Source of the DNA: Mycobacteriales bacterium
Lineage (GTDB): Bacteria; Actinomycetota; Actinomycetes; JAFAQI01
Length of the DNA: 64,000 nucleotides
Direction of reading: 5' to 3'
Assembly (NCBI GenBank): GCA_035547515.1
Contig: DASZUS010000027.1
Location: 9,189 to 73,188, forward strand
Shown here piece by piece: positions 9,108-20,976 of the stretch (positions are counted from its first letter, which is position 1; every line of letters begins with the position of its first letter). Below the pieces are notes generated by a model, which saw only the letters and a program-made list of their open reading frames with translations, had not been told where the DNA came from and searched no databases. The position numbers and the translations under genes are program-made.

Positions 9108-9883
9108 CGATGCCCGAAGGGGCGAGCCGGCCGGCAGTGGCGCCCGTGTCGAGCGTGGGCGGCAGCCACGCCTTCATGAGCATCGGCGAGGTGCTCGGGC
9201 AGCTCCGCGGCGAGTTTCCGGACGTGACCATCTCGAAGATCAGGTTCCTGGAGAGCGAGGGCCTGATCACCCCTACGCGGACCCCATCGGGCTACCGCAA
9301 GTTCTCGCGAGACGACGTCGGCCGCCTGCGCTACGTGCTCGCCGCCCAGCGCGACCAGTACCTTCCGCTGCGCGTCATCAAGGAGCAGCTCGCCGCACTC
9401 GACCGCGGTCTGCAGCCCGCCACACCGGGCCAAGGCGGCCCGCAGGTCCCAGCCGGCGCGGGCGAGGAGGCCGGCATGCCGACCGCGGCGGACTTCCTGC
9501 CCGAGGTCTCCGAGCTGCGGTTGTCCCGCAACGAGCTGCTGGACGCCGCCGGCCTCGAGCCTGAGCAGCTCGACCAGATCGAGAGCTTCGGCTTGATCGG
9601 GCCGCGCCCCGGCGGGCACTACGACGGCGACGCGCTGGTGATCGCCAAAACCGTCGCCGCAATGAGCCGGTTCGGACTCGAGCCGCGCCACCTGCGGTCG
9701 TTTCGCACCACCGCCGAGCGCGAGCTCGGCCTGGTCGAGCAGGTCGTGGCGCCGCTCGCCCGTCAGCGCAGCCCGGAAGCGCGGGGGCGGGCCGACGAGG
9801 TTGCCCGGGAGCTCGCGAGCCTGTCGGTTCGCCTGCACGCAACCCTCGTGCGGGCCGGCCTTCGTCCCCAGCTCGGCGGCTGA
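9104..9883 (+). CDS. MerR-family transcriptional regulator (Rv1828-like)
   Basis: MSIGEVLGQLRGEFPDVTISKIRFLESEGLITPTRTPSGYRKFSRDDVGRLRYVL is a MerR HTH. The position after garA matches the mycobacterial locus. Confidence 0.8.
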   Translation: MTMPEGASRPAVAPVSSVGGSHAFMSIGEVLGQLRGEFPDVTISKIRFLESEGLITPTRTPSGYRKFSRDDVGRLRYVLAAQRDQYLPLRVIKEQLAALDRGLQPATPGQGGPQVPAGAGEEAGMPTAADFLPEVSELRLSRNELLDAAGLEPEQLDQIESFGLIGPRPGGHYDGDALVIAKTVAAMSRFGLEPRHLRSFRTTAERELGLVEQVVAPLARQRSPEARGRADEVARELASLSVRLHATLVRAGLRPQLGG

Positions 9884-9973
9884 CGCGTCGGCGTGAGCGC
9901 GCCGGCGGAGGGCAGGCACCCCCGGGTGTAACGTCGCCTGCGCAGGCGATGGACGCGGCGAGCGGAGTGGCAA

Positions 9974-10450
9974 GTGAACGAGCTCACGGTCGTCGGGGTG
10001 CGGGTCGAACTGCCCTCGAACCAGCCCATCGTGCTCCTGAAGGAGACCGCGGGCGACCGTTACCTGCCGATCTGGATCGGGGCGGTCGAAGCCACGGCCA
10101 TCGCGTTCGCGCAGCAGGGAATCGTCCCGGCGCGCCCGCTGACCCACGACCTGCTCAAGGACGTCGTCGAGGCCCTCGGCGCGCGTCTGGAGTCGGTGCT
10201 CATCACCGACCTGCGCGACGGCGTCTACTACGCCGACCTGCGCTTCGGTGACGGGACGACGGTGTCGGCCCGCCCCTCGGACGCGATCGCGCTAGCGATC
10301 CGCATCGGTGCCCAGATCTACGCCGAGGAGGCCGTGCTGGACACGGCGGGGATCGCGATCGCCGACGAGCAGGAATCCGAGGTCGAGCGCTTCCGCGAGT
10401 TCCTCGACCAGATCTCTCCGGAGGACTTCGAGACGGAGGGCGAATCCTAA
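9974..10450 (+). CDS. Bifunctional nuclease family protein (DUF151, Rv1829-like)
   Basis: 158 aa. VVGVRVELPSNQPIVLLKE...RYLPIWIGAVEATAIA...RPLTHDLL is the conserved BFN pattern. Confidence 0.8.
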   Translation: MNELTVVGVRVELPSNQPIVLLKETAGDRYLPIWIGAVEATAIAFAQQGIVPARPLTHDLLKDVVEALGARLESVLITDLRDGVYYADLRFGDGTTVSARPSDAIALAIRIGAQIYAEEAVLDTAGIAIADEQESEVERFREFLDQISPEDFETEGES

Positions 10451-10505
10451 GTCTCGAGTACGGATTGAGATATAGGACTCGCGACACCCCTGGACCGCGT
10501 TGTCA

Positions 10506-10534
10506 TTGACCGCGCGCGGGCGACTGCCTAACGT
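10506..10534 (+). promoter_or_regulatory. Candidate SigA-type promoter (TTGACC-N17-TAACGT) for the second MerR gene
   Basis: TTGACC at 10506-10511, exactly 17 nt, and TAACGT at 10529-10534. This implies the real start codon lies downstream of the annotated 10500. Confidence 0.35.
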
Positions 10535-10553
10535 CATCGGCGAAGTTCCACCG

Positions 10554-11186
10554 GTGAGGTTCGCGCCGACTCGCACGCGAGCCCTTCCCGCCGCCGGACG
10601 TACGGAGGGCACGTTGACAGGCAGGAACCCAGGCTCGGACGGCCAGTACGGCGTGCAGACGGCGCTGTTCGGCAAGGAACAGGCCGGTGGCCCGCCGATC
10701 GGCTACCGCGGCCCGACGGCCTGCACGGTCGCCGGGATCACCTACCGCCAGCTCGACTACTGGGCCCGCACGGGGCTGGTCGAGCCGTCGATCCGGCCGG
10801 CCGCAGGATCCGGCAGTCAGCGGCTGTACTCATTCCGCGACATCCTGCTGCTCAAGATCGTCAAGCGGCTGCTCGACACCGGGGTCTCGCTGCAGAACAT
10901 CCGGCTCGCGGTCAACCACCTGCGCGACTCCGGCGAGGCCGACCTGACCGGGATCACGCTCATGAGCGACGGCACGACCGTCTACGCCTGCACCTCGCCC
11001 GACGAGGTGGTCGATCTGGTCCAGGGTGGTCAGGGCGTCTTCGGCATCGCCGTCGGCAGGGTGATCGGCGAGGTCGCCGGCAGCCTCGCTGAGCTGCCCT
11101 CCGAATCCGCGGAGCCCGCCGCGGGCGCTGTGCCGGTCGCTGGCGACGAGTTGGCCGCTCGCCGCATCCGTCGTACCGGCACGTAG
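10554..11186 (+). CDS. MerR-family transcriptional regulator (Rv1830-like)
   Basis: GYRGPTACTVAGITYRQLDYWARTGLVEPSIRPAAGSGSQRLYSFRDILLLKIVKRLLDTGVSLQNIR. The start is uncertain: GTG 10554, TTG 10614 after GGAGGG, or GTG 10653. Confidence 0.8.
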   Translation: MRFAPTRTRALPAAGRTEGTLTGRNPGSDGQYGVQTALFGKEQAGGPPIGYRGPTACTVAGITYRQLDYWARTGLVEPSIRPAAGSGSQRLYSFRDILLLKIVKRLLDTGVSLQNIRLAVNHLRDSGEADLTGITLMSDGTTVYACTSPDEVVDLVQGGQGVFGIAVGRVIGEVAGSLAELPSESAEPAAGAVPVAGDELAARRIRRTGT

Positions 11187-11304
11187 CCGGGAACCGCTCT
11201 ACGGCCCGTACAGCGGGCCGAAGAACCGGACATTTCGCCCGCCACGCCGACGTGCTGTTCGGCGCGATCGCGGCTTTCGGCTGCTAGCGTCGCGGTGCCT
11301 CACA

Positions 11305-11488
11305 ACCCGCGTGGGAGAGACCCCGGCAAGCCAGTCCGGGGCGCCGAAGGAGCAACCTCCCCGGAACCTCTCAGGCCGACGGACCGCGCGGGCAGGCACT
11401 CTGGAGAGCAGGCGTCCCGAACGCCTCACCGACGGGGCAAGCCGGCAGCGATGACCGGTGAAGCTTTCAGGTCGAAGGACAGAGGGGG
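11305..11488 (+). promoter_or_regulatory. Tandem glycine riboswitch (two aptamers) in the gcvP leader
   Basis: Aptamer 1 has GGGAGAG...GCGCCGAAGGAGCAA...CTCAGGCCGACGGAC. Aptamer 2 has TGGAGAG...CACCGACGGGGCAA...TTCAGGTCGAAGGACAG. Both match the conserved glycine-aptamer core and sit 45 nt upstream of the gcvP ATG. Confidence 0.85.
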
Positions 11489-11532
11489 AGCCAGGCCGCC
11501 GTCCGGCGGTGCCCAGCGCTGGGAGGCTCCGC

Positions 11533-14391
<2,859 letters not shown>

Positions 14392-14427
14392 CCCCGCTCA
14401 GGCAGCTTGCTCAGGCGTGGCTCGGGC

Positions 14428-14655
14428 TCATGCGGCGTGGTGCCGTTGCGGTGGGACCGAGCTGCCGTCGGGCAGCAGGTCGCCGCGGTCGTCGAAGCTG
14501 ACGACGCCGTTGCAGAGCAGGTTCCAGCCCTGCTCGGGGTGGCTGGCGATCACCCGCGCCGCGTCGCGGTCGGCGGCTGTCGCGGAGGGGCAGCACGGCT
14601 GGTGCTGGCAGTTGCCGGAGGTCGCGAGCTGGCTACTCGCATCCAGGTGGTTCAT
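14428..14655 (-). CDS. Small conserved actinobacterial Cys-containing protein (resembles what I recall as DUF5999)
   Basis: 75 aa. CQHQPCCPSATAADRDAARVIASHPEQGWNLLCNGVVSFDDRGDLLPDG. High third-position G+C. Family name is from memory only. Confidence 0.45.
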   Translation of the reverse strand: MNHLDASSQLATSGNCQHQPCCPSATAADRDAARVIASHPEQGWNLLCNGVVSFDDRGDLLPDGSSVPPQRHHAA

Positions 14656-14970
14656 TGCCCGTGCCCTTCGTCCTGGGTTGAGTGGCGCCGTCGGGCGGCG
14701 GCGTCACATGTTCACTATCGGCATTCGCGCGCGGATCAGTAGCCGTTTGACTCGAGTTGTGGCCGTGTCGTTACGCGACGCGCCCTGTGGCGACCGGTCG
14801 GCGCTACTAAGCGGATGAGAGGGGGATGCCGTTACTCCGGCCCGATCTCCTCGACCTGACATAATGTCCATTATCGGCACTACGTACAATGGTCGGCAAG
14901 ACCGGCGGGGCGAACCATCGGCCCCCGGCGGACGTCCTATCAGTTGGGCGGCGTACCTGGCCGCGGTAAG

Positions 14971-14997
14971 GGAATCCTCAGCCGCGACTGGCACGTT
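14971..14997 (+). promoter_or_regulatory. Candidate SigR/SigH-type ECF promoter upstream of rbpA (GGAAT-N19-GTT)
   Basis: GGGAAT at 14970-14975 and CGTTG at 14994-14998, 48 nt upstream of the rbpA ATG. The spacing is one nt longer than the GGAAT-N18-GTT consensus I recall. Confidence 0.3.
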
Positions 14998-15045
14998 GTA
15001 CCTGGCAGACGCCGCAACGCGCGTTCGACGATTCAGGAGGCCGAC

Positions 15046-15396
15046 ATGGGTGAGCGAGTCCTGCGGGGCAGCCGCCTGGGCACCACCAGCTACGAGACCG
15101 ACCGCAACACGGACCTGGCGCCGCGGCGCGAGGTGGTCTACGACTGCCCGTCCGGCCACGAGACCCGCATGCTGATGGCCAGCGATGCCGAGGTGCCGGC
15201 GACCTGGGAATGCCGCAGCTGCGGCGTAGTGGCGTCGCTGCGCGACGGTGACTCGGTCGACCCCAAGGCGGCGAAGACGGTGCGCTCGCACTGGGACATG
15301 CTGCTCGAGCGCCGGTCGATCGCGGATCTCGAGGACGTCCTCAACGAGCGTCTCGCCGAGCTGCACCCGGCTCCGCGGTCCCGGAAATCAGCCTGA
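15046..15396 (+). CDS. rbpA: RNA polymerase-binding protein RbpA
   Basis: MGERVLRGSRLGTTSYETDRNTDLAPRREVVYDCPSGHE...WECRSCG...RSHWDMLLERRSIADLEDVLNERL. AGGAGG SD 7 nt upstream of the ATG at 15046. Confidence 0.9.
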   Translation: MGERVLRGSRLGTTSYETDRNTDLAPRREVVYDCPSGHETRMLMASDAEVPATWECRSCGVVASLRDGDSVDPKAAKTVRSHWDMLLERRSIADLEDVLNERLAELHPAPRSRKSA

Positions 15397-15417
15397 CATA
15401 ACCTTTACGTCGCCGTC

Positions 15418-17067
15418 CTAGACCGCCGCGGGGACCTGCGGGTCACTGACTGTCGAGTCGACGTCGAGAGTCGGCGTCGTGTGCGCGTCTCGTCTGGTGG
15501 CTACGGCGGCGGCCAGCAACGTGAGCAGGGCGGCGGTGGACAGGATCCACTCCGGCCAGGCGCCCACTCGGTCGGCAAGGGTGAGCGGGTCCCGCAGCGG
15601 CACCCGAAGATCCAGCACGGCAGGGGTGAAGACCCCGGTGCGGGCCAGCACCTTGCCATCCGGGGCGATGACCGCGCTCACCCCGCTCGTGGCGGCCACC
15701 ACCACCGCGCGACCGCTCTCCACGGCCCGCAGCCGCGAGATGGCGAGCTGCTGAGCGGTCTCGCCGCCGCGGCCGCTGTCCCCCGGGTGCTCGTAGCTGG
15801 CGTTGTTGGTCTGCACGACCAGCAGTCGGCCGCCGCCGGTCACCGCCTGGCGGACGACCGTGTCGTCGGCGACCTCGAAGCAGATCGCGTCCGCGATCGT
15901 GACGCCCCCGATCTGCAGTACGCCGGGCTTCGACCCCGGCACGAAGTCCTTGCCGATGAGGTCGAAGCGGCTGTTGATGCGGGTGAGCAGCGAGCGAAAC
16001 GGCAGGTACTCCCCGAAGGGCACCAGGTGGCGCTTGAGGTACATCTGGCCCGGGCCGGTCACCGGCGACCAGACGATCCCGGCGTTCTGGACGTGGTCGG
16101 GTCCCGGGCCGTTGATTACGGCGCCGACCAGGATGGGTACGCCGATCGCGGCCGCCGCGGCGTCGACCATCTGGCGCGCGATCGGGTCGGTGCGGGGGTC
16201 CTGGTCCGAGGCGTTCTCCGGCCACACCACGAAGTCCGGGCGCGGCAGCTTGCCTGCGGCGACGTCGGCCGCGAGCACCTCGGTCTCCCTGAGATGGTCC
16301 TCCGTGACGGCGCGGCGCTGCTCGAACTCCTCGAGGCCCAGGCGCGGCACATTGCCCTGGACGGCGGCGACGACCGCAGAGCTCGGCGCACCGCCCTTGG
16401 AGGTGCCCGCCGTCGGCAGGCTGATGGCCAGCGGACCCGCGACAACCGCCGCAAGCCCGATCACCGCTAACAGCGCGCGACGGCGGCGGGTGAGGCACCC
16501 GTAGGCGAGCAGGCCGCCGCCGAGCGCGACCGCGAAGGTCACCAGCGGTGCCCCGCCGAGTGCGGCCAAGCGCACGAGCGGCCCGTTCGACTGCCCGAAC
16601 GCCAGCCGGGCCCAGGGAAAGCCATCGAAGGGCCAGCGGTCTCGCAGGAACTCCTGCCCCACCCACATCAGCGAGCAGGCAATAGGCCACCAGCTCAGCC
16701 GTCCGGCGAGCGTGAGCGCCGGGCCCAGCGCGAGGAACCACAGCGACTCGATGATCGCGACGGCCGCCCAGGCCTCGAGGCCGAACGGCTGCAGGAACGA
16801 CACCGTCGGGACCCACATCCCAAGCCCCGTGAGCATCCCGAGGGCTGCCGCTGCGCGCAGCCGGCGCCCTCGGACGGTGAGCGTGAAGCCGGCAACGCCC
16901 ACCAGGGCGACCGGCCACCAGCCCAGCGGCGGGAACGCCGTCCACAGCGCGACGCCCGAGGCGGTCGCCGCGACGGCTCTGGGGGCTCTGCGCCGAAGCG
17001 CGGAGCGGGTGGGAAGGATCCGCTTCACTTCCTCGGGAACGGTATTACATCCGCTCCCCGTGCCCAC
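15418..17067 (-). CDS. lnt: Apolipoprotein N-acyltransferase
   Basis: An N-terminal polytopic membrane region plus a CN-hydrolase domain (VVWPENA..., KRHLVPFGEYLP, DAICFE). Convergent with rbpA, as ppm1 is in mycobacteria. The start is GTG 17067 or GTG 17028. Confidence 0.85.
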   Translation of the reverse strand: MGTGSGCNTVPEEVKRILPTRSALRRRAPRAVAATASGVALWTAFPPLGWWPVALVGVAGFTLTVRGRRLRAAAALGMLTGLGMWVPTVSFLQPFGLEAWAAVAIIESLWFLALGPALTLAGRLSWWPIACSLMWVGQEFLRDRWPFDGFPWARLAFGQSNGPLVRLAALGGAPLVTFAVALGGGLLAYGCLTRRRRALLAVIGLAAVVAGPLAISLPTAGTSKGGAPSSAVVAAVQGNVPRLGLEEFEQRRAVTEDHLRETEVLAADVAAGKLPRPDFVVWPENASDQDPRTDPIARQMVDAAAAAIGVPILVGAVINGPGPDHVQNAGIVWSPVTGPGQMYLKRHLVPFGEYLPFRSLLTRINSRFDLIGKDFVPGSKPGVLQIGGVTIADAICFEVADDTVVRQAVTGGGRLLVVQTNNASYEHPGDSGRGGETAQQLAISRLRAVESGRAVVVAATSGVSAVIAPDGKVLARTGVFTPAVLDLRVPLRDPLTLADRVGAWPEWILSTAALLTLLAAAVATRRDAHTTPTLDVDSTVSDPQVPAAV

Positions 17068-17523
17068 CTGCGCGGATCGCTCGTGAACCGTGCGGTTCGG
17101 TCCGGATGCCCTTCGGACCGACGCCGTGACGGCCGGCCGCCGCCCAAGCGCCGTTGTCTACTGGGCACCCGGACCGCTCCCGAGTGGTCGCACCACGCCT
17201 GGCTTCGGGCCGGCGGCTCACCGGAGGCCGACTGGACCTGGCACCACTCGGCCTCGGCGGGTGCACGCCGTGACCGATAGGCCAGCCGGTATCTCGCGAT
17301 GGTCGCCTTGGTGAAGGCCATGCGTCCCTGTGGTGGACGCGACGGAAACTAGCGAGGAGCCGCCTCAACCTGTCAACTGGCCCTTGACCTGGGCAAACGC
17401 ACGAAATTGCAGGTCAGAGCGCCGGTGAACGGCAAGAAAACTTGCCCGATTGGCTCAGCCGGCGCTACTGCGGCTGCTCCCCGATCCCGGTGACCTCAGA
17501 AGCACTGAACCTGAAGTCGAGAG

Positions 17524-18411
17524 TCAGGCTGAATCTCGCCCCTCGGACTCGTCTTGCAGCCATGCCGGAGCATCAGCGCCCCACAGGCGCCGCAGCCGGG
17601 TCGAGTCGGCATGCAACGCCCGGTGCAACTGGGCCACGAGGCCAGGCGGCACGACCAGCTCGTCGGCGGCGACCTCGCGTCGTACCAAGGTGGAGTCGCC
17701 CTCGTTGAGGCGCACCATCCAGGCCGGGACTCGGTCGGTCGATCCGGTGCGGAGCGTGAGCTCACCGAGCGCCCGCCACCAGGCGCGGGGAGGTCGCTTG
17801 CCCTCGCTGGCGTTCACCACGGCCGCTGCCGTCTCGGTGGGCCGCCACGCGCTGTCGATGCCGAGGAAGTCGCAGACCCGGGCCAGTGCCGCGTCGCGGT
17901 CGGCCTCGAGCTCGTCGAGGCTGAGCAGGAGCAGGCGGTCGCGTGGGACCGCGGCCAGCCACTGCTCGGCCTGCAGCGCGTAGCTCGTGGTCAGCAGGTA
18001 GCGCGGGTCCTGGGTCAGGGCCTGGGCGATCGGACGGGTCTCACTCCCCCAGGTCAGGGCGTGCAGGTACGCCGAGCGCATCCGGGCGATCGGCTCGCGC
18101 AACAGGTAGATCACCCGCGGCTGGGACACCACGGAGGTCAGCCGCTCGACCACGCCCGAGTAGTGCGGGTACATGGAGTACGTCGTCGACGCCTCGCCGA
18201 TGGCGAGTGCATCGCCGGCGTCGGCGAACAGGGACCGGTACCACCGCTCCCCCCGCTCCCACGCCGCCGGGTCGGAGAAGTAGTGCGGCTCCTTCGGGTC
18301 GCACAGGTAAGCCTGGGGATGTCCTTGAAGAAGGCGGTGCAGGGTGCTCGTACCGGACTTCTGAGCGCCGATGATGAAGAACCCGGGCAGCGGTCCTTCC
18401 ACGGTCCGCAC
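17524..18411 (-). CDS. PAPS-dependent sulfotransferase family protein
   Basis: 295 aa with a 5'-PSB motif PGFFIIGAQKSGTSTL and a 3'-PB-like RVIYLLREPIARMRSAY. The GTG start is 1 nt after the MFS stop. Confidence 0.75.
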   Translation of the reverse strand: MRTVEGPLPGFFIIGAQKSGTSTLHRLLQGHPQAYLCDPKEPHYFSDPAAWERGERWYRSLFADAGDALAIGEASTTYSMYPHYSGVVERLTSVVSQPRVIYLLREPIARMRSAYLHALTWGSETRPIAQALTQDPRYLLTTSYALQAEQWLAAVPRDRLLLLSLDELEADRDAALARVCDFLGIDSAWRPTETAAAVVNASEGKRPPRAWWRALGELTLRTGSTDRVPAWMVRLNEGDSTLVRREVAADELVVPPGLVAQLHRALHADSTRLRRLWGADAPAWLQDESEGRDSA

Positions 18412-18412
18412 C

Positions 18413-19618
18413 CTAGTCGGCTGACGAGCCGCCCTGCCGGCTCAGCGCAGCTAGGGCGGCGAGGCTGATGGCCGCGATGACGCCGCCGAACACCTCGCCG
18501 GTGTGGACCAGGCCGTACTTGTCACTGGCCGCCCCGATGGCGACCACGGGTAGCGAGATCCCGACGTAGCAGACCGCGAAGAACGTCGACGCGACCTTGC
18601 CCCGCTCCTGGGCGGGTGCCTCGCCCGTCACCGCGCCGAGCGCCGCCCGGAAGCTCAGCCCCTGGCCGAAGCCGGCGACGACGCCGCCGACGACCAGTAG
18701 GGTCAGCGATTCGAGCCCGATGGCGACGCCGAGCAGCGCGCTGCCGACCACCAGGACCCCGGTGCCGGCCAGCAACGCGGCACGGGTAGGCGTGCGCAGG
18801 GACACCGCCTGGCCCACCGCCGAGGCGGCAAAGACGGCGAACACGACCACGCCGGTCAGGAACGGGTTGTGGTGTCCGAGCAGGGCGAGGGTGGCGGCGC
18901 ACACCGCCGTGAAGAACCCGAGCACAGCGAACCCGGCGAACCCGGCGGTTCCCGCCTGGGCGAAGGTCGCCCGCAGCGAGGCGGGGATGCCGAGCGCTTG
19001 GAACCGCAGCCGCCGCGGGCCACTGACCTGCACCGGCTCGGGCATCGTGGCGATCACGACCAGCCCGATCGCGATCAGCCCGAGATGGACCGCGTAGGGC
19101 ACGGTTATCGGGTCGGCGACCCACTTGGCGAGGATGCCCGCGAGCAGCGGTCCCAGGCCAAGGCCGAGGATGTTGGCCAGCGCCGCGCACAGGCTCGCCC
19201 GGGTCTTGTGGTCCTCGCCGGCGAGGTCACCGAGCGTGGCGGTCGCGGTACCGGTGAAGACGCCTGCCGACAGGCCCGAGAGGACCCGGCCGACGAGAAG
19301 CAGCGCGAGCCCGAGATCGTGCCCGTTGACCTGCGCCACGATCAGAAACACCACTGACGACAGCACCGCGGCGACCAGACCGGCTGCCAGCGACGGCCGG
19401 CGCCCGATCCGGTCGGAGGCGCTGCCGAAGCCGGTCAGCGCGGCGAGCACGCCCACCGCGTAGGCAGCGAAGACGATCGTCACCGCCAGCGGACCGATGC
19501 CGAATCGAGCCTCGTAGGCCGGATAGAGCGGAGTCGGAAGCGTCGTCCCCAGCATGGTGAAGGCGAAGACCGCCATGACCAGCCCGAACGCCCGAGGCTT
19601 GCTCAGAAGATCTTGCAC
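18413..19618 (-). CDS. MFS transporter
   Basis: 401 aa with about 12 predicted helices and the MFS loop motif DRIGRRP. Confidence 0.8.
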   Translation of the reverse strand: MQDLLSKPRAFGLVMAVFAFTMLGTTLPTPLYPAYEARFGIGPLAVTIVFAAYAVGVLAALTGFGSASDRIGRRPSLAAGLVAAVLSSVVFLIVAQVNGHDLGLALLLVGRVLSGLSAGVFTGTATATLGDLAGEDHKTRASLCAALANILGLGLGPLLAGILAKWVADPITVPYAVHLGLIAIGLVVIATMPEPVQVSGPRRLRFQALGIPASLRATFAQAGTAGFAGFAVLGFFTAVCAATLALLGHHNPFLTGVVVFAVFAASAVGQAVSLRTPTRAALLAGTGVLVVGSALLGVAIGLESLTLLVVGGVVAGFGQGLSFRAALGAVTGEAPAQERGKVASTFFAVCYVGISLPVVAIGAASDKYGLVHTGEVFGGVIAAISLAALAALSRQGGSSAD

Positions 19619-19709
19619 TCCGTGATGCTGCCACCAGTCAGCCGCGCGAAACGGCCGGCGACGAATCGCTGGGCGGAATGCGGCGTACCCGGACCGGCAT
19701 TGACCGAGA

Positions 19710-20732
19710 GTGACATCGCACGATCATGGCTCTCTTCCGCTCGCCGTCCTGGACTTCGTCGGCATCGAGTACGGCGAGACCGCGCATGCGTCGATCGCGG
19801 GCGCGGTCGGTATCGCGCAGGCCGTCGAGAACGCGGGCTACCGGCGCTACTGGGTCTCCGAGCACCACAACATGCGCAGCCTGGCCTGCAGCGCACCGGA
19901 GATCCTGACCGCCCACATCGGGGCGCTCACCAGCCGGATCCGGGTCGGCGCCGCCGGGATCATGCTGCCGAACCACTCGTCGCTGAAGGTCGCGGAGACC
20001 TTCCGGACCTTGCTGGCCATGTATCCGGGCCGCATCGACCTCGCCCTCGGCAGGGCGCCGGGGACCGATCCGCTCACCGCTCACGTGCTGCGCCGCGGCA
20101 TGGTCGCCGACCCGGGCGCGGAGTTCCCCGGCCAGGTAGGCCAGCTGCTCGCCTTCCTCGAGGACGCCTTCCCGGACGACCACCCGTACCGCGCACTGGT
20201 CGCCGCACCGGTCGTGGACGAGGCTCCCGAGCTGTTCATCCTCGGGTCGAGCGGCTACGGCACGAAGTTCGCCGCGGTCAACGGGATGAGTGCGGTATTC
20301 GCCCACCACATGAGCCCGGACATCGCGATCGACGCGCTCGTGGCGTACCGGCGCGAGTTCGAGCCGCGGATTCCGGGCTCAAAGCCCTACTCAGCGATGT
20401 CGGTCCTGGCATTCGCCAGCGAGGACGACGAAGCCATTGCGGAGTTCGAGGCCGGCTGGACCCTCACGATGCGCAACATCCGCTCCGGCATCCGTGAGCC
20501 GCTTCGCCCCGAGCAGGTCAGGGAGTACGCCCGGTCCGCGGAGTTCCGCGGCAACCGCAATCCCGATGGCCGGATGGTGACGGGCTCCCCTGATGCCGTC
20601 GTGGCGCGGCTGCGCGACCTGAAGACCGCGGCCGCGGTGGACGAGATCGTCATCGTCACGCCGGGCACCGACCGGGCACGGCGGACCGGCAGCTTCGTCG
20701 CCATCGCCGACGCCTGGCGTCGCTCCGAGTAG
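19710..20732 (+). CDS. LLM-class flavin-dependent oxidoreductase (luciferase family, group 1-like)
   Basis: PLAVLDFVGI..., GYRRYWVSEHHNM, RVGAAGIMLPNHSSLKVAETF, GRIDLALGRAPGTD. GTG start. Confidence 0.8.
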   Translation: MTSHDHGSLPLAVLDFVGIEYGETAHASIAGAVGIAQAVENAGYRRYWVSEHHNMRSLACSAPEILTAHIGALTSRIRVGAAGIMLPNHSSLKVAETFRTLLAMYPGRIDLALGRAPGTDPLTAHVLRRGMVADPGAEFPGQVGQLLAFLEDAFPDDHPYRALVAAPVVDEAPELFILGSSGYGTKFAAVNGMSAVFAHHMSPDIAIDALVAYRREFEPRIPGSKPYSAMSVLAFASEDDEAIAEFEAGWTLTMRNIRSGIREPLRPEQVREYARSAEFRGNRNPDGRMVTGSPDAVVARLRDLKTAAAVDEIVIVTPGTDRARRTGSFVAIADAWRRSE

Positions 20733-20754
20733 TCCGAGCAGTCGGGATCGGGAG

Positions 20755-20976
20755 TCAGGCGCCGTTGCGGACTGCGCGCCTGCGGCTGAGACGCACGATC
20801 GGCCCCAACGCCGTGCGGGCGGCCTGACGATCCTCGGCGCGGATCCGGCGCCGATCTGCGTCGCTGAGGCCCCGGGGCACTGGCTGGGCGTCCAGCTGCC
20901 CGCGACGGGCCGTGGTAGCGATCTTCGCCATGTTGTTCATCGTAGCCAGGTCGGCTGACAAGACTCGGAGGTTCAC
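20755..20976 (-). CDS. Hypothetical small basic protein (73 aa), possibly coupled to the upstream 2TM-GAF gene
   Basis: Its GTG start overlaps the TGA of 20973-21743 (GTGA). Third-position G+C is high. I recognise no homology. Confidence 0.3.
   Translation of the reverse strand: MNLRVLSADLATMNNMAKIATTARRGQLDAQPVPRGLSDADRRRIRAEDRQAARTALGPIVRLSRRRAVRNGA

Noticed and set aside
17025-17321. 98-aa ORF upstream of lnt whose TGA overlaps a possible lnt GTG start (GTGA at 17025-17028)
   Set aside because: The coupling geometry and the decent GC3 in the first 40 codons are suggestive. However, the protein is very Arg-rich, has no recognisable family and overlaps the longer lnt reading frame. Evidence is insufficient. 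The whole 17068-17523 interval is left unassigned.
17431-17446. Hairpin GGCAAG-aaaa-CTTGCC downstream of the sulfotransferase gene
   Set aside because: It has only a 6-bp stem and no U-tract on the relevant (minus) strand. Too weak to call a terminator.
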